Positions 57,195-64,000 of a DNA stretch of 64,000 nt are shown piece after piece; the stretch's first letter is position 1, and every line of letters begins with the position of its first letter. The DNA comes from a virus: IMG/VR virus record IMGVR_UViG_3300045988_079610; one strand, 5' to 3'. The translations under genes were made by a program, and so were the position numbers. The notes beneath the pieces were generated by a model, which saw nothing but the letters and a program-made list of their open reading frames with translations, had not been told where the DNA came from and did not search any database.

Positions 57195-59468
57195 TTACAT
57201 TTCTTCATTATCAAATAAATTGTTATATAAACCAAAGTTCTTCTTTAAAAGAGCTTTTCCACTAAGAGTTTTATTATCCTTATTACTTTTTTGATTAGGA
57301 CTAATGCTAAGTTTAATAGGATTTATAATCTTATAAGCTTCTTCATAATAATATTTATAATCTATATTACGAAAAGCAATGTCTTTATCATCAAGTTTAT
57401 TAAGGATAATTACAGGTTTTCCACTAGCTAGAACACTACGTTTTTTATCATGAACATTCTCTTTCATTATAACAACTCCTTTAGTAGAAACATAAAAACG
57501 AACATGACGTTGACTATGAACATCAATTACTTTTCCATTTTCTACTTTTTGATAAACAACTTCAAATTGTTTACCTACATTTTGAGTCTTACAAAAATCA
57601 AGAATATCTTTATGATTACGAAGTGTTTCCATAACTGGAACACCATGTGCAAAATATTCAAATACAGCTTTAGCAACTACAGGCATATCATAACCTTTTT
57701 TCAAATCTTTAAGATATTGATGAGGGTCAAGACTACCTTTATATTCAATCTTATCATTACTTTGAATATTAAAATAATTATTAATATCTCTAGTAACAAA
57801 AAGTTTATATTGTTCTGAATCTGCACCTAATTTATTTTGAGCACACCAATCATCAGTTATACGTTTGAAATCTTCTTCTTTATTTTTAGGAAGCTTTACA
57901 ATAATACCATCAGTATTAGCACTAACAACATGAATACCATCAAGTTCTAGAGCTTCTACTACCATCATTACCATTAGCTGTCCGTTGATTGTTACTTGCA
58001 TCTGCGCAAATCTATCAAATAAAAAGAACATCTCAAAGCCAAACTTTCCATAAATTGCATTAATAACAATCTTTAAAGCTTCAGCCGCTAGTTTATTATG
58101 AACTCCTGTTATTATAAGACCATCTTCATCTTTTGTATGTTTACATTTAATACGAGTTAGACGAAAATAATCAACCATTTTAACAAATACATTATTATTT
58201 AGATGTTTAGGAGAAATATTATATGCAACCATAACACTAGGATAAAATGAATTTATATCAAAATGTATATAAGTATAATCGTCTGTACTTGTTAATACAG
58301 CAGGTCTATCTTGTGAATGTAAACCTCCAGTAGCAATAGTATAAACAGTACCATAAAAATTTATTACTTTTTCAAAAGCATCTTTATTAGTTCTATAAAT
58401 AACAACTTTCTTCATATCTTCAAGAACTTTTTGAAGTTCAAGAGTTTTAAAACATATATGAGGAAATATTATCTTATTAAAACTAAGAGCAGTTCTTTGA
58501 GTACGTAGATTTTTAAAAGCATCTATTTGTAAACCACTACGTTCAGAATAAAACTTATAAAGAAGTTTATCGGCAATGGTACTTCTAGCAGCACATAAAA
58601 GATTAAGATTAAATGCAGCACCTAAAGAATATCTAAGTTTAATCTCATCAGGCTTTTGTCTAGCAATTTCACAAACTAAATATACATCATTCTTATTATA
58701 ATGAAGCATAGGTTCAACATATTTAGGAAGAATATATCTATCAAAATCATTAGTAATCAAATGATTAAGTTGTTCATTAGTCATACCACGATATTCATTT
58801 CTTTTCCTATATATATCTCCTTCTTCATCATCTATAGGAGGTAATGTAAAATCTAGAAGATTATGCCATTTAAGATTAATACTAACTTGTTTAAGAGATT
58901 TACCAAACTTTATTCTTTCACCAGTATTTTTATCAACATTAACACCAGCAGAATTAAGAGCATAAATTTTAAACAAATCAACAGTCGCCCAAGGAAGTCT
59001 ATATTTACGAATCAAATCAAGTTCTCTATCTTTCCATAAAGCATCTTTATCATCTTGAAGACTAAGAAGTTTATCATTAATTTCTTTAAGTTTATGACAA
59101 AGTTCTTTAGTGGTATCAAAACGATTAAAATACATCATGAAAGTTTTAAACATCATATCATCATAACCTTGATTATTATATCCAAATACATCATATCTAA
59201 CAGGATTTCCATCTTCATCAAAATAAGCTTCCATACTATTAATATAAGAAACAAGTTTTAGAAGTTGAGAATCATCAGTATCACTAATATAAAATATTTT
59301 AGATTTAACAGATTCAAGTCTAGACTCTATTTCAGCAACACTTAAACATTCAGTAAGTGCCATACCTTCACAATCTTTGAACACTTTAAGATAATCTTGA
59401 ACATCAACAAAAGTTGCACTAAAAAGATTTTCAAAACATTCAATATCTGTGGCAATACTACGTATCAT
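57195..59468 (-). CDS. family B DNA polymerase
   Basis: Exo I is ATDIECF, Exo II is YNNQGYDDMMF, Exo III is YNKNDVYLV. Pol motif A is DINSFYPS, motif B is KIVINAIYGKFG, motif C is SANTDGIIV. Confidence 0.9.
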   Translation of the reverse strand: MIRSIATDIECFENLFSATFVDVQDYLKVFKDCEGMALTECLSVAEIESRLESVKSKIFYISDTDDSQLLKLVSYINSMEAYFDEDGNPVRYDVFGYNNQGYDDMMFKTFMMYFNRFDTTKELCHKLKEINDKLLSLQDDKDALWKDRELDLIRKYRLPWATVDLFKIYALNSAGVNVDKNTGERIKFGKSLKQVSINLKWHNLLDFTLPPIDDEEGDIYRKRNEYRGMTNEQLNHLITNDFDRYILPKYVEPMLHYNKNDVYLVCEIARQKPDEIKLRYSLGAAFNLNLLCAARSTIADKLLYKFYSERSGLQIDAFKNLRTQRTALSFNKIIFPHICFKTLELQKVLEDMKKVVIYRTNKDAFEKVINFYGTVYTIATGGLHSQDRPAVLTSTDDYTYIHFDINSFYPSVMVAYNISPKHLNNNVFVKMVDYFRLTRIKCKHTKDEDGLIITGVHNKLAAEALKIVINAIYGKFGFEMFFLFDRFAQMQVTINGQLMVMMVVEALELDGIHVVSANTDGIIVKLPKNKEEDFKRITDDWCAQNKLGADSEQYKLFVTRDINNYFNIQSNDKIEYKGSLDPHQYLKDLKKGYDMPVVAKAVFEYFAHGVPVMETLRNHKDILDFCKTQNVGKQFEVVYQKVENGKVIDVHSQRHVRFYVSTKGVVIMKENVHDKKRSVLASGKPVIILNKLDDKDIAFRNIDYKYYYEEAYKIINPIKLSISPNQKSNKDNKTLSGKALLKKNFGLYNNLFDNEEM

Positions 59469-60028
59469 ATAATATTAATTTCATATCCATTATAATTATT
59501 ATCTTTACTAGCATTATACCATTTAATTAGATGATTACAAAATTCTTTATATTTATTATCATCTATGTATTTAATAAAAGGAGAATAACTAACACAATAT
59601 CCTCTAATATTACCATTATCCTTAGTAATGTATAGTTTATCAGTTTTATTACTTATATCTGTTATAGATAAAAATAGTTTAGCTGCATCACCAAGTAATA
59701 ATATTTTTACAGCATGAGTATTAACAATATCTCTAATTGTATGTACAATACATCTATTAATAATATTATTATTTAGAGGACATTTATCAGTCAATTTACA
59801 TCTAATAAGTGGAACTATAAAATAATCATTTAACCCCCCCGTAGAAGGACTTAATGCTTCATTTATTATTTCCACATATTTACTAAACGTCATTCCTTTA
59901 TTCTTATAAGCATCATAATCAACATTAGGTACAACTATTATTTTACCATAAAGAGGATTACCAACACCTTTAAGACAATGACATTTATCATTAAATAGTC
60001 TTAGAGGACAATCTTTACATACATTCAT
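59465..60028 (-). CDS. uracil-DNA glycosylase-like (family 4-like, divergent)
   Basis: N-terminal Cys pattern CKDCPL...C..C followed by GVGNPLYGKIIVVPN. It sits immediately upstream of PolB, as in other crAss-like phages. Confidence 0.5.
   Translation of the reverse strand: MNVCKDCPLRLFNDKCHCLKGVGNPLYGKIIVVPNVDYDAYKNKGMTFSKYVEIINEALSPSTGGLNDYFIVPLIRCKLTDKCPLNNNIINRCIVHTIRDIVNTHAVKILLLGDAAKLFLSITDISNKTDKLYITKDNGNIRGYCVSYSPFIKYIDDNKYKEFCNHLIKWYNASKDNNYNGYEINII
59834..59852 (+). repeat. GC-motif copy 16, C-rich on +: CCCCCCCGTAGAAGGACTT (codes PSTGG on minus strand)
   Basis: Read directly; C7 run at 59834-59840. Confidence 0.95.
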
Positions 60029-60383
60029 CTACAATTTTATAACTATTTTCAAGTTTAAAATCATTATGATAACTGATAAGGCATAAATTTACTTCTCTAA
60101 CACCAAAATTACCATCAAGTTTTCTTTTATTAGCTATAACATAAGCTGTACCATCAATATTAGCTTTAAATTTAATAACTTTATAAAAACTTGTTTTGGT
60201 TTGACTACCATATATTTGACTATTTATTGTAATAGACCGTTTTATAATAGTTCCTATTTTAATAGGAATAGACTTTACAAGTTCTTCATAAAACTTATCA
60301 TCTTGAACTTTAAGTTTATCATAAAAATCTTTCGTAAGTTTATTTCTATCTTCAATATATTTTCTAATAGTTTCTTTATCCAT
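60015..60383 (-). CDS. hypothetical protein
   Basis: 122-aa ORF. Confidence 0.65.
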   Translation of the reverse strand: MDKETIRKYIEDRNKLTKDFYDKLKVQDDKFYEELVKSIPIKIGTIIKRSITINSQIYGSQTKTSFYKVIKFKANIDGTAYVIANKRKLDGNFGVREVNLCLISYHNDFKLENSYKIVDECM

Positions 60384-60478
60384 AGTGTTATTTAATATTT
60401 TAATTTTGTTTATACAGAGAGTTATAATGTATGTTGATTAATTAATTATGCTTATATAATAAATTCAACATACAAAAC

Positions 60479-60506
60479 GCAAATTGGCAAATAGGCAAAT
60501 TGCCAA
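60479..60506. repeat. three tandem (G)GCAAAT units ending in the palindrome GGCAAATTGCC; candidate operator or iteron
   Basis: The sequence GCAAATT-GGCAAATA-GGCAAATT-GCCAA was read directly. The outer TTGGCA/TGCCAA are inverted. It lies 11 nt beyond the helicase stop and about 100 nt upstream of the next gene. Confidence 0.6.
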
Positions 60507-60516
60507 TCAACATATA

Positions 60517-61986
60517 TCAAACTCCATACCTAATAAATAATTTATTCTTACATCTACTACAAGCAACATAAAGTCGTTTATTAGTTTCTACAGCATTAGT
60601 ATAAGCATCACCATATCTGTCATATACAATATCATTAACGTCAACCATTACTGTATCATAAGTAGAACCTTGACTTTTATGAGCACTAATACTAAAACCA
60701 TAATCCAAATCTCTAGTAAATGCAATACTTCCGTCTTTATTTCCAATATTAATTAGAAGAAGACAACCATTTTTAAATTTATAATATTCTTTCCATTTAG
60801 AAGCTCTAGTACTAGAACTAGCACTTTTAGCATTATTAATTAAATTGTTACTAATTTTGCAATAATATTGTAAACTAAAATTATCAGTATGGTCAAGAAT
60901 AAATAATGGACTAGTAATATGTCCACCATGTATAGCTTGAAATTTAACCATAAATCCTTTTATTTTATAAACAGGATGTACATAATTCACAATATCATAA
61001 ACAATATAATCTTCACTATTTCTAATAATAGCATCATTAAAATCATCTACTAATGTAACATAAGAAGTAAACAAATCATTCTTAGTTATAGGAGATTTAT
61101 CTGCATCTTTAATGATACTATTTCTTACAAACTTATTCCAATTACCAACAGCTCTATTAGTATAAGCTACTATTCTAACAAAGTCTGTATTAGTAGTTAT
61201 TTGTTCATCATTAAATTGTTTATCTACTTCTTCTTCAAAATCTTTACAACCTAAAACTTTATATCCTTTAGTATAATTACTATCAAAAGCTTCTCTATGA
61301 TTAGTAATATAATTAAGAAAATTATAAGTTTTATGTTCTATATCATCTCGAAGCATACTAAGAAGAGGACGAATAGGATTGTCTTCATCTTGACGAACAA
61401 TTTGATTAAGTCTATAAGATTTAACTCCAGCAAAAGCTTCAGAACGAAATTCATTTATAGGTGAAAGTTGATGGTCATCCCCACACAAAAGCAGCTTACA
61501 ATGATTTTCTTTTAATATTCTTTCTATAAATCGAAGAAGACCTTTATTTATCATAGAAGCTTCATCTATTATATAAAGATTATAATTTTCAACTTTAACA
61601 CTACCTTTTGGGTCAAATGGAGGATTATTAATATCAAACTTTTCTATATCAAAATTAAGTCTTAAACCAAAATCTGATTGAACAGTATTAACATTATTAG
61701 TAACTCCAATTAGATTTTCACGAAGAACTCTACAAGCTTTATGACTTGGAGCAGATAAACCAATAGTGGAATAAGCATACTTACAATTCTTAATTATAGC
61801 TTTAAGAATATAAGTCTTTCCAGTCCCAGCCTGACCGATTAAAGCTCTTTTAAAATCATTTTCATTATAATCTGCATTTATAAATTCTATAAGTCCTGTA
61901 TAAGCTTTCTTTTGGTCATCAGTTAGATTACCAATATTAGCTGGATTTTTACCATTAGCAAGACTTAAAGTACTATCTATATTCAT
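60517..61986 (-). CDS. SF1 DNA helicase (Dda/RecD-like)
   Basis: Walker A is GQAGTGKTY and Walker B is LYIIDEASMI. Later motifs SAHKSQGSTYD and LYVACSRCKNKL are present. Confidence 0.9.
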   Translation of the reverse strand: MNIDSTLSLANGKNPANIGNLTDDQKKAYTGLIEFINADYNENDFKRALIGQAGTGKTYILKAIIKNCKYAYSTIGLSAPSHKACRVLRENLIGVTNNVNTVQSDFGLRLNFDIEKFDINNPPFDPKGSVKVENYNLYIIDEASMINKGLLRFIERILKENHCKLLLCGDDHQLSPINEFRSEAFAGVKSYRLNQIVRQDEDNPIRPLLSMLRDDIEHKTYNFLNYITNHREAFDSNYTKGYKVLGCKDFEEEVDKQFNDEQITTNTDFVRIVAYTNRAVGNWNKFVRNSIIKDADKSPITKNDLFTSYVTLVDDFNDAIIRNSEDYIVYDIVNYVHPVYKIKGFMVKFQAIHGGHITSPLFILDHTDNFSLQYYCKISNNLINNAKSASSSTRASKWKEYYKFKNGCLLLINIGNKDGSIAFTRDLDYGFSISAHKSQGSTYDTVMVDVNDIVYDRYGDAYTNAVETNKRLYVACSRCKNKLFIRYGV

Positions 61987-62522
61987 TTCTTTCCATCTTT
62001 ATTAGCTTTAAACCATTCAAATTCATCATCATCTAGAAGTCCTTTATATCTATAATCATATCCGTTTATAGTAACAAGATTTCTAAATTTAAATTGAAGA
62101 ACATTATTGATTTTAACAATCCATCCTCTAACTATCCAATTAGGAGCAAAAGGAACATATTTATCAGGATTATAATTACCAAATACTATTTGACTTTCAG
62201 TTCTAACAAGACTTAAATATCCATATTTAGTTTTATCTCTAGTAAATATAGTTCTAAATCGTCTAATATCATAAGATTCTTCAGTAAAAGGAATATTAAG
62301 AGATTTAGCAATATCGGTAATTTCAATTATATCTGTATTTCCAAACAGACGTTCATTAAAATCATAATATTGAACAAAACAATAATATTTTCCATCTATA
62401 AGAACAACTTTACCATTAACTAACTTAGTAAGTTTCTTAGGAGGAATTTCTTTAGGCTCAACTCTTTTAGTAGGTTTAACTACTTTAAGTTTAAGTTTTA
62501 CATTACTAAGATTTACTCTCAT
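61983..62522 (-). CDS. hypothetical protein
   Basis: 179-aa ORF. Confidence 0.65.
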   Translation of the reverse strand: MRVNLSNVKLKLKVVKPTKRVEPKEIPPKKLTKLVNGKVVLIDGKYYCFVQYYDFNERLFGNTDIIEITDIAKSLNIPFTEESYDIRRFRTIFTRDKTKYGYLSLVRTESQIVFGNYNPDKYVPFAPNWIVRGWIVKINNVLQFKFRNLVTINGYDYRYKGLLDDDEFEWFKANKDGKK

Positions 62523-62788
62523 TTCTTCTTATTAGTTAGTTTATGTTCTTTACGAATCTTTTTAGCTTCTCTTGCAGAAGTATTAGCTTCATCAAATTTT
62601 AAATTAGAAGCTTTAACACCATGTTCATAAGTAGCAACATAACCACAATATTTTGTTAGAAAATCAATCTTACCCCAAGTATGAATACCTACAGCAGATT
62701 TATCACCAATAATAATGTGATTACCATTAATACGAGCAATACGTGAAACACTTCTTAAATCCTTTCTTTCGTCATGTTTTTTAGCCAT
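62519..62788 (-). CDS. hypothetical basic protein
   Basis: 89-aa ORF with a K/R-rich C-terminus. Confidence 0.6.
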   Translation of the reverse strand: MAKKHDERKDLRSVSRIARINGNHIIIGDKSAVGIHTWGKIDFLTKYCGYVATYEHGVKASNLKFDEANTSAREAKKIRKEHKLTNKKK

Positions 62789-62848
62789 TTTACAAAAAGT
62801 TTAATTGTTAATAATATTAATTACATCATCAATAAGATGAATATTAGT

Positions 62849-62903
62849 AGTTTGACTCGGTTTCGCACCATAAGCCGTAGTATAAGCTACACTTAGTCAA
62901 ACT
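62849..62903. other. 9-bp stem (AGTTTGACT/AGTCAAACT) enclosing a 37-nt relatively GC-rich loop
   Basis: Read directly. The loop contains AGCCGTAGTATAAGCTAC (inner GTAG/CTAC pairing), a degenerate motif-like CCGTAG about 45 nt from copy 17. Confidence 0.5.
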
Positions 62904-62916
62904 TAAAGTGACATTA

Positions 62917-63258
62917 TTAAGCTCCCCCGTAGAGGAACTTAACAATGTCAACATTTTCTTCTTCTATTTTCTTACAAGCATTAAGAATAACATCAATACC
63001 TTTATGTCTAACTTTAATTATATCCATAATTACAGTAATCATATCATGTTGACTTAATCTCATAAGATGATAAATTGTTTTAAAACCTTTACGAGTATTA
63101 AGAGGAAAGTTATAAGGAATAATATAACCTCTACGATGTGGAGGATATTTATAATTAGCTTTAGAAATATAATTTCCACAACTTATAACTTCTCCTCCAA
63201 ACTCAGGTTTAGCACAATGTTTTAAATCATAATTATAAGCACAAGTACTACATAACAT
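62917..63258 (-). CDS. hypothetical Cys-rich protein
   Basis: 113-aa ORF. Its last codons (KFLYGGA-stop) are supplied by motif copy 17. Confidence 0.6.
   Translation of the reverse strand: MLCSTCAYNYDLKHCAKPEFGGEVISCGNYISKANYKYPPHRRGYIIPYNFPLNTRKGFKTIYHLMRLSQHDMITVIMDIIKVRHKGIDVILNACKKIEEENVDIVKFLYGGA
62921..62940 (+). repeat. GC-motif copy 17, variant GCTCCCCCGTAGAGGAACTT
   Basis: Read directly; C5 run. Confidence 0.85.
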
Positions 63259-63264
63259 AATATT

Positions 63265-63468
63265 TTATTCTTTATTATTTGTAACATCTATTTTATGGAT
63301 AACTATATCTTTATTTAATGTAATTTTAAACAAACTATTACCTATTACAGACTTAATAATAGTTTCTACAGTTTTATCATCATAAAAACTTTTATTATCA
63401 TAAACAATAATTACCTTAACATTTATTTCTTTAATATTCTTTATCACCCATAATTTATTCATCCACAT
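63265..63468 (-). CDS. hypothetical protein
   Basis: 67-aa ORF. Confidence 0.5.
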   Translation of the reverse strand: MWMNKLWVIKNIKEINVKVIIVYDNKSFYDDKTVETIIKSVIGNSLFKITLNKDIVIHKIDVTNNKE

Positions 63469-63967
63469 CTTTATCTGTACCTAATAAACTTTCATTACCT
63501 TTATAAGGAATACAATATTTCCAAGCCATACTTGTAGTTACATATCTTTTATATTCATTTATATAACTAAAAAAAGCTGCTCTCCAAGCTTCATTACGAT
63601 TATCTCTTACAAGCACTTTTTCAAAAGGCTTGAATTGATATTTAGTTTTTCCATCTTTAAACTCTAGTTGAGTTTTCTCAATCTTTAAAGTTTTAAGATT
63701 AAGTTTACCACCAAGCTTGTTCTCAATCATTCTAATATATGTTTGAACATCAGTATCATCTGTTTCAAGAGTGAAGTGTTCTGTCATAAAACTATCGAAT
63801 CTTCTTTCATAATTATATTCGTTTCTAAAATCTTTCTCATAACAATGCTTACCTGCAAAAATTGTATATGTGTCATCAGTAAACTTATCGAAAATAAGAT
63901 GTATATTCTTATCTCTACTAACCAGAACATCGCCTCTCTTCCAAGCAAATTTATTCCAATCACGCAT
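63455..63967 (-). CDS. hypothetical protein (start uncertain)
   Basis: 170 aa from ATG 63967, but the frame stays open up to nt 64000. The gene may therefore start outside the window, or an upstream gene may abut it. Confidence 0.6.
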   Translation of the reverse strand: MRDWNKFAWKRGDVLVSRDKNIHLIFDKFTDDTYTIFAGKHCYEKDFRNEYNYERRFDSFMTEHFTLETDDTDVQTYIRMIENKLGGKLNLKTLKIEKTQLEFKDGKTKYQFKPFEKVLVRDNRNEAWRAAFFSYINEYKRYVTTSMAWKYCIPYKGNESLLGTDKDVDE

Positions 63968-64000
63968 TTTCTTTGAAGGAACTAAGATAGGTTCTCCCTC

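Noticed and set aside
1713-62940. G7/C7 tracts acting as slipped-strand phase-variation switches.
   Set aside because: They lie in essential genes (the primase and the virion RNAP), and all are in the ON frame. The conserved GTAGAAG flank points to site recognition rather than simple contingency tracts. This is not excluded experimentally.
1-64000. Stop-codon reassignment (TAG or TGA recoding), as known from some crAss-like lineages.
   Set aside because: ORFs of 1720, 2352 and 4853 aa and all replication genes are intact in the standard code. The only tRNA found has the ordinary anticodon UUG, not CUA or UCA.
1-64000. CRISPR arrays, DGR template/variable repeats, integrase or attachment sites, and lysis cassette.
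   Set aside because: I saw no regularly spaced direct repeats, no reverse-transcriptase or integrase motifs, and no endolysin motifs in any ORF of this window.

Overview
AT-rich (about 27-30 % G+C by eye) fragment of a crAss-like (Crassvirales-type) phage of Bacteroidota, made of two convergent modules. The + strand (1-37299) carries a tail-fibre 3' end, several tail or virion proteins, and three giant virion/ejected proteins: 1024 aa, 2352 aa with an HExxH motif, and a 4853-aa virion RNA polymerase with a DFDID catalytic motif. The convergence zone (37300-38012) holds a tRNA-Gln(UUG) and hairpin terminators. The - strand (38013-64000) is a nucleotide-metabolism and replication module: thioredoxin-like protein, dUTPase, DUF932-like protein, P-loop kinase, Gp157-like protein, ThyX, DUF1599-like protein, ATP-dependent ligase, toprim primase, free-standing HNH-AP2 endonuclease, SSB-like protein, RecT-like protein, family-B DNA polymerase, UDG-like protein and an SF1 helicase. 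All large ORFs are open in the standard code. I saw no integrase, CRISPR array or DGR. The most unusual signal is a dispersed GC-rich motif, consensus about ACTAACCCCCCCGTAGAAGG, with at least 17 copies in both orientations. Copies fall inside genes in different reading frames and also in intergenic DNA. Most are arranged as inverted pairs, with the G-rich copy first in the direction of transcription. One pair lies inside each giant virion gene and one pair brackets the whole PolB gene. Its function is unknown to me; it looks like a recognition or recombination site family or a tiny mobile GC cluster. Secondary observations are listed as findings: a two-gene codon-usage island (SSB-like protein plus an unknown 276-aa protein), a PLC-like phosphodiesterase candidate, two long structured non-coding spacers, and candidate promoter and operator motifs. 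All product calls rest on motifs read by eye and need HMM or BLAST confirmation.
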